Origin: Geobacter sulfurreducens PCA
GTDB taxonomy: Bacteria; Desulfobacterota; Desulfuromonadia; Geobacterales; Geobacteraceae
Reading direction: 5' to 3'
NCBI RefSeq assembly: GCF_000007985.2
Contig: NC_002939.5
Coordinates: 510,001 to 542,000, forward strand
DNA length: 32,000 nt
Part shown: positions 9,732-18,670 of the stretch, in pieces
Numbering within the stretch: position 1 is the stretch's first letter
Layout of the letters: every line of letters begins with the position of its first letter
Notes under the pieces: model-generated
Database searches by the model: none
What the model was told of the DNA's origin: nothing
The model's input: the letters and a program-made list of their open reading frames with translations, nothing else
Program-made: the position numbers and the translations under genes

Positions 9732-11261
9732 ATGCTCGCCAAAGCCCTCTCCAGCGCCCTTCTCGGAATCGATGCCGTCATCGTCGACGTGGAGGTGGAT
9801 ATTTCGCCGGGGCTTCCCCAGTTCGCCACCGTCGGCCTCCCCGACGGGGCGGTCAAGGAGAGCAAGGACCGGGTCAAGTCGGCCCTCAAGAACGCCGGGT
9901 ACGACTTTCCGCCCCGAAAGATAACCGTCAATCTGGCCCCCGCCGATCTGAAAAAGGAGGGCGCCGCCTTCGACCTGCCCATCTCCGTCGGGATACTCGC
10001 CGCCACCGGTGTCGTCGAAGGAGGGCGACTAAAGGAGTATCTCCTGTTGGGAGAGCTCTCCCTGGACGGGATCATCAAGCCCGTGCGCGGCTGTCTTTCG
10101 GTGGCCGTTGCAGCGCGCAACGCAGGCCTTGCTGGCATCGTCGTTCCTCGGGAGAACGCGCCGGAGGCGGCAGTGGTTGAGGGCGTCGACGTCATTGGCG
10201 TGTCGGAGCTGGCCGAGGTGGTCGAGTTTCTGAACGGTGAGCGGCGTATCGATCCCCACCGGGTCGATGTGGCGGAGCTCTTCGAGCGCAACGCCGAAAC
10301 CGGCGACGATTTCGCCGAGGTGAAAGGGCAGGAGCATGCCAAGCGTGCCCTGGAAGTGGCCGCGGCCGGCTCCCATAACCTCCTCATGATCGGTCCCCCG
10401 GGCTCAGGCAAAACCATGCTCGCCCGCAGGATCCCGACCATTCTCCCCCGGATGTCCTTTGAAGAGGCCATTGAGACAACCAAGGTGTACAGCATTACCG
10501 GCCTGTTGGACCGAGAACATGCCCTCATCGCCCAAAGGCCCTTTCGCAGCCCCCATCACACCGTCTCCGACATCGGGTTAATCGGCGGAGGCAATACGCC
10601 CCGCCCCGGCGAGGTCTCTCTTTCCCATTACGGCGTTTTATTTCTGGATGAACTCCCCGAATTCAAGAAGAATGTCCTCGAGGTGTTGCGCCAGCCCCTC
10701 GAAGATGGCAAAGTGACCATTTCTCGGGCACTCATGTCTCTCACCTATCCGTCGCGCTTCATGCTTGTTGCGGCCATGAACCCCTGCCCGTGCGGCTATC
10801 TGGGGGACGCCCATCACGCCTGTTCCTGTACGCCGCTCATGGTTCACCGCTACCGTTCGCGCATCTCGGGCCCCCTGCTCGACCGGATCGATATCCACAT
10901 CGAAGTCCCTGCGGTCAAGTACCGGGATCTGGCCGACGGCCGCGAGGGGGAGGGATCCCTGGATATCAGCAGGCGTGTGGAGTCGGCTCGCGAGGTCCAG
11001 CGTGACCGTTTCCGCGGTTCGAAGGTTCACAGCAATGCCCAGATGACCCCCCGCTTCATCAAAAAGTACTGCGAACCGGACAGTGCAGGGAACCGCCTCC
11101 TGGAGCTCGTCACCGACCGACTCGGCCTCTCGGCCCGTTCCTATAGCCGCATCCTTAAGGTGGCCCGTACTATTGCCGATCTCGCCGGCAGCGAACAGGT
11201 GCGGGAAGAACACCTCTCCGAAGCGATCCAGTACCGTACTCTTGATCGCAAGACGTTCTGA
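9732..11261 (+). CDS. YifB/ComM family Mg-chelatase-like AAA+ ATPase
   Basis: 509 aa. N-terminal Lon-protease-like domain (MLAKALSSALLGIDAVIVDVEVDIS), Walker A GPPGSGKT, and a Cys cluster NPCPCGYLGDAHHACSC. The start lies 5 nt after the trxB stop. Confidence 0.85.
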   Translation: MLAKALSSALLGIDAVIVDVEVDISPGLPQFATVGLPDGAVKESKDRVKSALKNAGYDFPPRKITVNLAPADLKKEGAAFDLPISVGILAATGVVEGGRLKEYLLLGELSLDGIIKPVRGCLSVAVAARNAGLAGIVVPRENAPEAAVVEGVDVIGVSELAEVVEFLNGERRIDPHRVDVAELFERNAETGDDFAEVKGQEHAKRALEVAAAGSHNLLMIGPPGSGKTMLARRIPTILPRMSFEEAIETTKVYSITGLLDREHALIAQRPFRSPHHTVSDIGLIGGGNTPRPGEVSLSHYGVLFLDELPEFKKNVLEVLRQPLEDGKVTISRALMSLTYPSRFMLVAAMNPCPCGYLGDAHHACSCTPLMVHRYRSRISGPLLDRIDIHIEVPAVKYRDLADGREGEGSLDISRRVESAREVQRDRFRGSKVHSNAQMTPRFIKKYCEPDSAGNRLLELVTDRLGLSARSYSRILKVARTIADLAGSEQVREEHLSEAIQYRTLDRKTF

Positions 11262-11304
11262 TTTTGTAGAATCCCGCTCTTCCCCTTGATCATTTTTATG
11301 TATG

Positions 11305-11347
11305 CAGTATACTGTATGCGAAAAGCTAGCTCATGAATCATTAATGA
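11305..11347. promoter_or_regulatory. Three perfect palindromes in the AT-rich region upstream of the CoA-transferase promoter
   Basis: CAGTATACTG (11305-11314), AGCTAGCT (11324-11331) and TCATTAATGA (11338-11347). GTATGC direct repeats flank the first palindrome. Confidence 0.3.
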
Positions 11348-11356
11348 CTTTTTAGC

Positions 11357-11385
11357 TTGACTAAAGAAATCCACTTAAGTAGAAT
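11357..11385 (+). promoter_or_regulatory. Near-consensus sigma70 promoter for the CoA-transferase gene
   Basis: TTGACT (11357-11362), a 17-bp spacer, then TAGAAT (11380-11385). The -10 lies inside the inverted repeat GTAGAA-N5-TTCTAC (11379-11395). This implies a 5' UTR of about 120 nt. Confidence 0.55.
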
Positions 11386-11512
11386 CCGGTTCTACTTTTT
11401 GGTAGACGGTAAAGCGTTCAGTAGCGTTGATGTTATGCAAATGAGGTAACGGCGAAGTTTCGTTAAGCCGCAGAACGTCGCTGTAAACAACAAAACAGAA
11501 CGGAGGTAAGAG

Positions 11513-13108
11513 ATGTCAGAGTACGGCACACTGCAGGACCGCGTACGTTGCAAGTCACTGCTCAACAAGGTTATGTCGGCCGAGGAGACTATCCAGTTCT
11601 TCAAGCCGGGCATGAACCTTGGCTGGTCCGGCTTCACCCCGGCAGGTTATCCTAAGGCAGTGCCCATCGCACTGGCAGATCACGTTGAGAAGAACAGCCT
11701 GCAGGGCAAGATGAAGTTCAACCTCTTCATCGGCGCCTCCGTCGGGGCCGAAACCGAAGACCGCTGGGCCACTCTCGACATGATCGACCGTCGCTGGCCG
11801 TATCAGACCGGTAAGAACATCGCCGCCGGCATCAACGAGGGCCGCATCCGGATGGGTGACAAGCACCTCTCCCTCTTTGCCCAGGATCTGGGCTACGGCT
11901 TCTACACCAAGGACAGCGAAACCGGCAAGCTTGACCTCGCCATCATCGAGGTTTCCGCCATCACCGAAGACGGCGGACTGGTCCCCACCACCTCTTGCGG
12001 CGTTATTCCCGAGATCCTCATGATCTGCGACAAGATCATCGTGGAAGTGAACACCGGTCAGCCCTCCTTCGAGGGGATGCACGACATCGTCGTCTGCAAC
12101 CACCCCCCGAAGCGCCAGATTCTGGGCATCACCCATGCCGGTGAGCGGATCGGTACAACCTACGTACCGTGCGACCCGAGCAAGATCATCGCCGTGGTTG
12201 AGTCCAAGTACCGTGACAAGGGGCGTGCCTTCTCCGAGCAGGACGACACCTCCGAGGCCATTGCCAACAACATCATCGACTTCTTCAGCCATGAAGTAAA
12301 GATGGGTCGTCTGCCCAAGAACCTGCTTCCGCTCCAGTCAGGCGTCGGTTCCATCGCCAACGCTGTAATCGGCGGCCTGGCCAAGGGTCCTTTCTCCAAC
12401 CTGACCGTTTACACCGAAGTTCTCCAGGACACCATGCTCGACCTGTTCGATTCGGGCAAGCTGGATGCCGCTTCCTCCTGCTCCCTCTCTCTCTCCGAGA
12501 CCCCGGGCTTCCCCCGTTTCTTCGAGAACTGGGAGAAGTACTTCGACAAGATCACCCTGCGTCCGCTCTCCATCTCCAACGCACCGGAGCCGATCCGCCG
12601 TCTCGGGTGCATCGCCATGAACACCCCGGTCGAGATCGACATCTATGCCCACGCCAACTCCACGCTGGTCGGCGGCACACGGATGATCAACGGCCTCGGC
12701 GGTTCCGGCGACTTCCTTCGCAACGGCTTCTTGAAGATCATGCACACTCCGTCGAGCCGTCCATCCAAGACCGACCCGACCGGTATCTCCTGCGTGGTGC
12801 CGCACTGCTCCCACATCGACCACACCGAGCACGATCTGGACTGCGTGGTCACCGAGCAGGGTCTGGCCGACCTCCGTGGTCTGGCACCGAAGGATCGCGC
12901 AAAGCGGATTATCGAGAAGTGCGCCCACCCGGACTACAAGCCGATTCTCAGCGAGTACTTGGCAATCGCCAGTGCCGATTGCCTCAAGCGCAAGGTGGGC
13001 CACGAGCCGCAACTGTGGGACCGCGCCTTCAAGATGCACCTCAACCTGGAGCGCAACGGCACCATGAAGATCAAGAACTGGGACGTGAAGGTCGATCTCT
13101 GCGAGTAA
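11513..13108 (+). CDS. Acetyl-CoA hydrolase/transferase family protein (succinyl-CoA:acetate CoA-transferase type)
   Basis: 531 aa. MSEYGTLQDRV...LNKVMSAEETIQFFKPGMNLGWSGFTPAGYPKAVP... and ...GLGGSGDFLRNG... are typical of the Ach1/AarC-like CoA-transferase family. Strong SD (GGAGGTAAGAG). Confidence 0.8.
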   Translation: MSEYGTLQDRVRCKSLLNKVMSAEETIQFFKPGMNLGWSGFTPAGYPKAVPIALADHVEKNSLQGKMKFNLFIGASVGAETEDRWATLDMIDRRWPYQTGKNIAAGINEGRIRMGDKHLSLFAQDLGYGFYTKDSETGKLDLAIIEVSAITEDGGLVPTTSCGVIPEILMICDKIIVEVNTGQPSFEGMHDIVVCNHPPKRQILGITHAGERIGTTYVPCDPSKIIAVVESKYRDKGRAFSEQDDTSEAIANNIIDFFSHEVKMGRLPKNLLPLQSGVGSIANAVIGGLAKGPFSNLTVYTEVLQDTMLDLFDSGKLDAASSCSLSLSETPGFPRFFENWEKYFDKITLRPLSISNAPEPIRRLGCIAMNTPVEIDIYAHANSTLVGGTRMINGLGGSGDFLRNGFLKIMHTPSSRPSKTDPTGISCVVPHCSHIDHTEHDLDCVVTEQGLADLRGLAPKDRAKRIIEKCAHPDYKPILSEYLAIASADCLKRKVGHEPQLWDRAFKMHLNLERNGTMKIKNWDVKVDLCE

Positions 13109-13132
13109 GGTCGACAGTCAGTATCAGGCATG

Positions 13133-13166
13133 AAAAAAGCCCCGCCGAACTTCGGCGGGGCTTTTT
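13133..13166. terminator. Bidirectional rho-independent terminator between the CoA-transferase and the convergent helicase
   Basis: AAAAAA, then GCCCCGCCGAA / TTCGGCGGGGC (13139-13161), then TTTTT. The A-run on one side and T-run on the other let it work on either strand. Confidence 0.85.
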
Positions 13167-13211
13167 CGTATCTCTCAACGGGGGAAAACGGGAACGGTAT
13201 CCCCTGGCGAA

Positions 13212-14564
13212 TTATGATGATCTACGGGGTTGTCCTGCTCCGTGCCTCCCTGTCCGGTATTCCACAACCGGATCTTTTGACCGTCTGCTCCCCCAGGATG
13301 TACGGTCCGACGATTTACCGGACCGGCCGGGCGCGGCGCCGGAGGGGCGGTTCGAGGAGCCCTTCCGGGCGGGACCGGCTCCCATTCCCGGTTTACGGCC
13401 TGATCCCGCTGATACGCGGCGAAGCGGGCGCGAGGGTTCCAGCCCAGGGATGTGGTGTTCGGGGAGTGTCTGGCCGATGTAACGCTCAATGCGGGCCAGG
13501 TAATTGACCTCGTTGAGCGAGGCGAAGGAGATGGCGATTCCCGAGGCGCCTGCCCGGCCGGTGCGGCCGATGCGATGGACGTAATCCTCGGCGAACTTGG
13601 GCAGGTCGAAGTTGATGACATGGCTGATGCCGGTAACATCCAGCCCCCGGGCTGCCACGTCGGTGGCTACGAGAAGCCTGATCCGTCCTTGCTTCATGGC
13701 GGCAATGGTTCGATTCCGGGCGTTCTGGGGCATGTCGCCATGGAGTGCTGCTGCCGAATGGCCCTGGGCCTTGAGTTCCAGTGCCAGGTTTTCGGCATCA
13801 CGCTTGGTCGCCGAAAAGATAATTGCCCTGCGCAGGCTTTCGTCGGTAATCAGGTGCCGCAGCAGCCGGTTCTTGTGGTGCAGGTCATCTGCCACGTGAA
13901 GGCGCTGTTCAATGTGCTCATGGGTAGTTTTGGTGCCGGCGATGTCGATCCGCTCCGGCTCACGCAGGAGCCGGCCCGCCAGTCTGGCCATGGCGCTGTC
14001 CATGGTTGCCGTAAACAGCAGGGTCTGACGCGTGGCGGGGGATGCGGCGGCGATGCGGTCCACGTCGTCGCTGAACCCCATGTCGAGCATCCGGTCCGCT
14101 TCGTCGAGGACCAGCAATTCGAGACGGGAAAGATCGAGACTCCTCCGGTCGAGCAGGTCTACCAGCCGACCCGGCGTGGCCACGATGAAATCAACGGGCG
14201 CGGAGAGAAGGCGGAGCTGTGCGTGGTAGGGCATGCCGCCGAGGATGGCGCCACTGCGTACCCGCATGAATGCCCCGTACGTCCGCACTGCGTCGGTAAC
14301 CTGCTGGGCCAGCTCACGGGTAGGAGTGAGCACGAGCACACGCGGCCCGCGCCCGGGGCCCTGAGGCGGAGAACTCAGCCGTTGCAGGGCCGGGAGGACG
14401 AATGCGGCGGTTTTGCCGGTACCGGTCTGGGCGGTGGCAAGCAGGTCCACGTTCTCCAGTGCGCGGGGAACTGCGGCAGCCTGGACCGGCGTCGGCTCTG
14501 TGTAACCACAGGCGGCTACGGCTTTGAGAATGTGCGGGGCAAGTTTCAGTTCAGCAAAGGTCAT
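13212..14564 (-). CDS. DEAD-box ATP-dependent RNA helicase (RhlE/DeaD-like) with a basic Arg/Gly/Ser-rich C-terminal tail
   Basis: Q-motif region TEPTPVQ, Walker A AQTGTGKT, DEAD (VLDEADRM), TAT, and HRIGRTGRAG. ATG 14564 follows AAGGA. The 90-codon upstream extension in the tracked ORF is Cys/Ala/Arg-rich and not protein-like. Confidence 0.85.
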   Translation of the reverse strand: MTFAELKLAPHILKAVAACGYTEPTPVQAAAVPRALENVDLLATAQTGTGKTAAFVLPALQRLSSPPQGPGRGPRVLVLTPTRELAQQVTDAVRTYGAFMRVRSGAILGGMPYHAQLRLLSAPVDFIVATPGRLVDLLDRRSLDLSRLELLVLDEADRMLDMGFSDDVDRIAAASPATRQTLLFTATMDSAMARLAGRLLREPERIDIAGTKTTHEHIEQRLHVADDLHHKNRLLRHLITDESLRRAIIFSATKRDAENLALELKAQGHSAAALHGDMPQNARNRTIAAMKQGRIRLLVATDVAARGLDVTGISHVINFDLPKFAEDYVHRIGRTGRAGASGIAISFASLNEVNYLARIERYIGQTLPEHHIPGLEPSRPLRRVSAGSGRKPGMGAGPARKGSSNRPSGAAPGRSGKSSDRTSWGSRRSKDPVVEYRTGRHGAGQPRRSS

Positions 14565-14900
14565 GCAAGGATCCTTGTGGGTTTCGCCGGCCAGGGGCAA
14601 GCCGCTAACGGGCCGCACGGGTGCAACGCACCACGCCGCACGAGCCGTCAGGGCTGCCGTAGCTGTCGTCGAAACGGGAAAAAGTTTATGTGCGCGCCGC
14701 AGGGCAACCTGATGCCCTGAACAGGGTCGGCAACAACACAGAACTGACTGGCATGAAACATCGTCGCCAACCATGTGTGCTGCCGCGCCGAAGAGCGTGC
14801 TGAAAGCAGAGGGGGTTAGTGATCGATGAAGCAAAGGGCGGGGGTACTTCGGGGTATGCCGGAGGGCAGAATCCGCCTGAGCGTTGTTCAGTCAGCGGTA

Positions 14901-14929
14901 ACTGTACGGGATACTGGTGGAAATGACAA
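14901..14929 (-). promoter_or_regulatory. Sigma70-like promoter candidate for the helicase, implying a leader of about 330 nt
   Basis: On the minus strand: TTGTCA (14929-14924), a 17-bp spacer, then TACAGT (14906-14901). Confidence 0.35.
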
Positions 14930-14991
14930 GGATTTTTTGTCGGCGGGCGCTGAACACCGTCCGGTGGCGGCTTTGCGCATCCGGATGAGGC

Positions 14992-15876
14992 TCAGGTGCG
15001 TGCCTTGGGATGGGCCTTGTCGTACACTTCCATGAGACGGTCGATTCCCACGTGGGTATATTTCTGGGTGGTTGAGAGCGAGGCATGTCCCAGCAGTTCC
15101 TGGATGGCACGCAGATCGGCTCCTCCCTCAAGGAGGTGAGTGGCAAAGGTGTGGCGCAGGGTGTGGGGAGATATCTTCCTCATGGCGGCGACTTTCAGGA
15201 TATGCTTGTCCACCACCCGCCGGACGCTACGGGCGGTAAGCCGGCCTCCCCGAGCGTTGGTGAAAAGGGGGACCTCCAGGGGAGGGTGGTTACGGGCGGC
15301 CAGATAGGAGCTTAGGGCGAGGCGGGCATGGCTCCCGATCGGAACTACCCGTTCCTTGCCACCCTTGCCGAGGACACGGACCGTGCCGTCAGCCAGGTCG
15401 ATCCCCCCCACATTGAGGCCGGTCAGCTCCGAAACCCTGACGCCGCAGGAATAGAGGGTTTCCAGAATGGCCCGGTCGCGCAGGCTCAGGACGCCGGGTT
15501 CCCGGGGAGACTCCACCAGGGCGGTCACCTCATCGATGTTCAGGTGGAACGGGACCTTCTTCTCGCGCTTGGGGGTGCTGACCAGTTCTGCCGGGTTGCG
15601 CGGCAGGGCTCCGGTGCGGACAAGGTAGGTAAAAAATGCACGCACTGCGGCCAGTTTACGGCCGATTGAGCTCCTGGCGTGAGATTGATGGAGCTGGGCA
15701 AGCCAGCGCCGGACCAGGAGGTGGCTTATGGCCGCCGCGCCGGCTCCGGCGCCCAGTTCTCCCCGGACGAAGTCCCTGAATTGGGCAAGGTCGGACTCAT
15801 AGGCGGCGCGAGTGTGGGGGGAAACGGCGCGCTCGTTCTCCAGGTAGCGGATGAAAGTGGTTACTTCAAACTCCAC
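14992..15876 (-). CDS. Tyrosine site-specific recombinase, XerC/XerD family
   Basis: N-terminal SAM-like domain ([26 protein letters not shown]). Catalytic residues lie in [12 protein letters not shown] and [17 protein letters not shown] 15876 has GGAGG 5 nt upstream. The tracked ORF extension to 16167 has no plausible start context. Confidence 0.8.
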   Translation of the reverse strand: MEFEVTTFIRYLENERAVSPHTRAAYESDLAQFRDFVRGELGAGAGAAAISHLLVRRWLAQLHQSHARSSIGRKLAAVRAFFTYLVRTGALPRNPAELVSTPKREKKVPFHLNIDEVTALVESPREPGVLSLRDRAILETLYSCGVRVSELTGLNVGGIDLADGTVRVLGKGGKERVVPIGSHARLALSSYLAARNHPPLEVPLFTNARGGRLTARSVRRVVDKHILKVAAMRKISPHTLRHTFATHLLEGGADLRAIQELLGHASLSTTQKYTHVGIDRLMEVYDKAHPKART

Positions 15877-16066
15877 GGCTGCCTCCGGGTAGGATCGTGC
15901 GATCGGCCTATGATAACAGATTCCATTGACCGTGCGAAGGCCGGTTGTGTATCGCCCTGAATCGGGGTATGCTTCCTCAGTTGTCCTGTCCGCTTGACCT
16001 GTGTCAAGGCGGGTGCGGCGGAAGGGCGATATTCTTATGTAACTATTTTCGGGAGGTACGAACGGC

Positions 16067-17326
16067 GTGAAACGAGTGGTTATCATCGGTATGGGTTTTG
16101 GCGGCATCAGGGCGGCACGAACCCTGGCGCAAAAGGGGCTGGATGTGGTTCTCGTGGACCGAAACAATTACCACCTCTTCCAGCCACTCCTCTACCAGGT
16201 GGCAACCGCCGGTCTCGAGCAGGAATCTATTGCCTATCCGGTCCGCGCAATGGCCCGCGGTTGGACCGGGACACGGTTCCAACTGGCCGAGGTGACCGGC
16301 GTCGACTTCGAGGCCCGCCAAGTCGTTACCGACAACGGTACCATACCTTACGACTATCTCGTGATCGGTGCAGGAAGCGTCACCAACTATTTCGGGCTGA
16401 AATCGGTGGAGCAGCATGCCTTTGACCTGAAAGAGCTGGTCGATGCCGAGCGGCTGCGCAACCATATCCTCACGGCTTTCGAGCGGGCCGTGGTTGAACC
16501 CGATCCGGCCAAGCGCCGAGCTCTCATGACATTCGTGATCGTGGGCGGCGGCCCCACCGGCGTCGAGTTTGCCGGCGCCCTCATCGAGCTGGTCCGGTAC
16601 GTGCTGACCAAGGATTACCCGGAACTGAGCGTTCAGGCTGCGCGGGTCGTGCTGGTGGAGGCCTTTGACCGGCTTCTGGCAGCCATGCCGGCCGAGCTGC
16701 AGGGCTACACCCTGGAAAAGCTCCGGGGCATGGGGGTCGAGGTGCTGCTCAACGCCCGCGTGGTAGACGCAGGGCCTGAACGGGTAACCCTGCATGACGG
16801 TGCCGTCATTCCGGCCCATACTCTGTTCTGGTCCGCAGGGGTCAAGGCTGCACCTCTGGCGGCGACCCTCGGCGTTGAACAGAACCCGGGCGGACGGATC
16901 GCGGTGGAGCCCGATCTGACGTTGCCCGGCCATCCCGATGTCTATGTGGTCGGGGATATGGCCTGGCTGGAGCAGGATGGTGCTCCCCTGCCCATGGTGG
17001 CTCCGGTGGCAATGCAGATGGGAATCCATGCCGGAAAGTCGATTCTGGCCCGTGAGCAGGGGGCGCCTGCCCCCCCTTTCAGGTATCACGACAAGGGAAG
17101 TATGGCCACCATCGGCCGGAGCGCCGCCGTGGCCAGCGCCTTCGGCATGAATCTCCGCGGATATGCGGCCTGGATAGCTTGGCTCCTGCTGCACCTCTAC
17201 TACCTCATCGGCTTTCGCAACCGTATTGTGGTCATGCTCAACTGGATCTGGTACTACTGGTTCCATGAGCGCCAGGTGCGCCTCATCACGGAGCGTGAAA
17301 CACCGGGCAACGGATGCACACGGTAG
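16067..17326 (+). CDS. ndh: Type II NADH dehydrogenase (NDH-2), FAD-dependent pyridine nucleotide-disulfide oxidoreductase
   Basis: GTG start after GGGAGG. Two dinucleotide folds, [10 protein letters not shown] and [10 protein letters not shown], plus YQVATAGL. The C-terminal amphipathic/hydrophobic anchor is [17 protein letters not shown]. Confidence 0.85.
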   Translation: MKRVVIIGMGFGGIRAARTLAQKGLDVVLVDRNNYHLFQPLLYQVATAGLEQESIAYPVRAMARGWTGTRFQLAEVTGVDFEARQVVTDNGTIPYDYLVIGAGSVTNYFGLKSVEQHAFDLKELVDAERLRNHILTAFERAVVEPDPAKRRALMTFVIVGGGPTGVEFAGALIELVRYVLTKDYPELSVQAARVVLVEAFDRLLAAMPAELQGYTLEKLRGMGVEVLLNARVVDAGPERVTLHDGAVIPAHTLFWSAGVKAAPLAATLGVEQNPGGRIAVEPDLTLPGHPDVYVVGDMAWLEQDGAPLPMVAPVAMQMGIHAGKSILAREQGAPAPPFRYHDKGSMATIGRSAAVASAFGMNLRGYAAWIAWLLLHLYYLIGFRNRIVVMLNWIWYYWFHERQVRLITERETPGNGCTR

Positions 17327-18444
17327 CCGTCGAACGGGCCGCACGCTACGATCCTTCAGAGGTTGCCGAAGCCATGGACCGGGCCCTCGCTTCCCTGGGA
17401 GGAATGGATACCTTTGTCCGTCCTGGTGAGCGGGTTCTGATCAAGCCGAACATGCTGGCTGCCAAGGCACCCGAGCGGGCGGTGACCACCCACCCGGAGG
17501 TGCTGCGGGCCGTGATTCGGCTCGTCCGGAAGGCCGGCGGAATCCCGCTGGTGGGCGATTCTCCCGGTATCGGCGGCTTTCGGGCCGTGGCGGAAAAGAG
17601 CGGCATGGCTGCCGTCGTCCGGGAGGCCGGTGCCGAACTGGTCCCGTTTGACGAGGCTGTTGCCGTTCCGGGCAGCGGGCTCTTCAGGCGTATGGATGTG
17701 GCGCGACCCTACCTGGAAGCCGATCGGCTCATCAACCTTCCCAAGCTCAAGACCCACGAGATGATGACCATGACCTGCGCCGTGAAGAATCTTTTCGGCG
17801 CAGTGGTCGGGACCGCCAAGGCGGGCTGGCATCTCAAGGCCGGCGCCGACCGGGAGCTGTTTGCCCGGCTTCTCCTGGAAATCTACCTTCTGAGGCCACC
17901 GGATCTGACCATCGTTGACGGCATTGTGGCCATGGAGGGTGATGGTCCGGGCAGCGGAGACCCCAGGCCGATGGGGCTCATTCTGGCTGGAGCCAATGCC
18001 GTGGCGGTGGATGTGGTAGCCGCGGAACTGGCGGGTATTCCGAAGCAGCTCCTCTGGGTCGAGCGTGCCGCCGAACGGCTCGGCATCGACGGCTGGGACC
18101 GGTCCCGCATCGCGACGGTCGGACTCCCGCCCGACGATGCCCGGGTGCCGGACTTTCGCTTGCCGCACCTGTCGGACGTCCAGTTCGGCATCCCCGGTTT
18201 CCTCAAGAACCGGCTTCGTCATCATCTCACTGCGCGGCCGGTGCCGAACCCCGAGGGGTGCCACCTGTGCGGGGCGTGCCTTGACGCCTGTCCTCCACGG
18301 GCCATCTCCGTGCGCGACGGGCGTCTCCATTTCGACTACCACGCCTGCATCCGCTGCTTCTGCTGCCGCGAACTCTGCCCCGACGGCTCCCTCGGGGTAC
18401 GGGATGGAGTGCTGCTGAAACTGCTCAAGAAATTCAAGGAGTAA
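17314..18444 (+). CDS. DUF362 domain protein with a C-terminal 2x[4Fe-4S] ferredoxin domain
   Basis: N-terminal DUF362-like region (VLIKPNMLAAKAPERAVTTHPEVLRAVI). C-terminal CHLCGACLDACP and CIRCFCCRELCP motifs. It overlaps the ndh 3' end by 13 nt. Confidence 0.75.
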   Translation: MHTVAVERAARYDPSEVAEAMDRALASLGGMDTFVRPGERVLIKPNMLAAKAPERAVTTHPEVLRAVIRLVRKAGGIPLVGDSPGIGGFRAVAEKSGMAAVVREAGAELVPFDEAVAVPGSGLFRRMDVARPYLEADRLINLPKLKTHEMMTMTCAVKNLFGAVVGTAKAGWHLKAGADRELFARLLLEIYLLRPPDLTIVDGIVAMEGDGPGSGDPRPMGLILAGANAVAVDVVAAELAGIPKQLLWVERAAERLGIDGWDRSRIATVGLPPDDARVPDFRLPHLSDVQFGIPGFLKNRLRHHLTARPVPNPEGCHLCGACLDACPPRAISVRDGRLHFDYHACIRCFCCRELCPDGSLGVRDGVLLKLLKKFKE

Positions 18445-18463
18445 ACTTTAATGGCTCCGCTCC

Positions 18464-18492
18464 TTGACGTTGCGGGGGGGCAGGATTATCAT
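18464..18492 (+). promoter_or_regulatory. Sigma70-like promoter candidate for a short leader or small RNA transcript
   Basis: TTGACG (18464-18469), a 17-bp spacer containing a G7 run (18474-18480), then TATCAT (18487-18492). Confidence 0.45.
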
Positions 18493-18543
18493 AACTATAA
18501 CCTCGCGCACTGAGGAAATCCCCCTGAAAGGAGACCCCAGGCC

Positions 18544-18618
18544 ATGTGGACCACGATCTATATGCTTCGTCCGGTTACCCGCTGCAAGGAGGGTTGCCGA
18601 CGCCGGCCCGTCGCCTGA
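18544..18618 (+). CDS. Candidate 24-codon leader/small ORF (MWTTIYMLRPVTRCKEGCRRRPVA)
   Basis: AGGAGA (18529-18534) lies 9 nt upstream of ATG 18544. The stop is TGA 18616-18618, 22 nt before the terminator stem. It is below the length cut-off of the ORF track. Confidence 0.3.
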   Translation: MWTTIYMLRPVTRCKEGCRRRPVA

Positions 18619-18639
18619 TGGTGGCGGGCGTTACGATGA

Positions 18640-18670
18640 GCCCCCTGTCGTTTGCGGCAGGGGGCTTTTT
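18640..18670 (+). terminator. Strong rho-independent terminator upstream of the macA-like gene
   Basis: GCCCCCTGTCG / CGGCAGGGGGC forms an 11-bp stem with one G-U pair around a TTTG loop. It is followed by TTTTT (18666-18670). Confidence 0.8.

Noticed and set aside
11295-11325. A dif-like XerC/D recombination site in the AT-rich region (reverse strand TTTCGCATAC-AGTATA-CTGCATACATA).
   Set aside because: - The left arm and central hexamer partly resemble dif.
- The XerD-arm half, usually the best conserved, matches only about 3 of 11 positions.
- The site lies 3.6 kb from the recombinase gene.
18495-18640. GEMM-I / cGAMP, fluoride or guanidine riboswitch identity for the structured RNA upstream of macA.
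   Set aside because: - Superficial resemblances exist (CGCGCAC..GAAA.., GCCUGAUGG).
- They do not line up with the conserved cores of these classes as I remember them.
- It is kept only as an unclassified leader or small RNA candidate.
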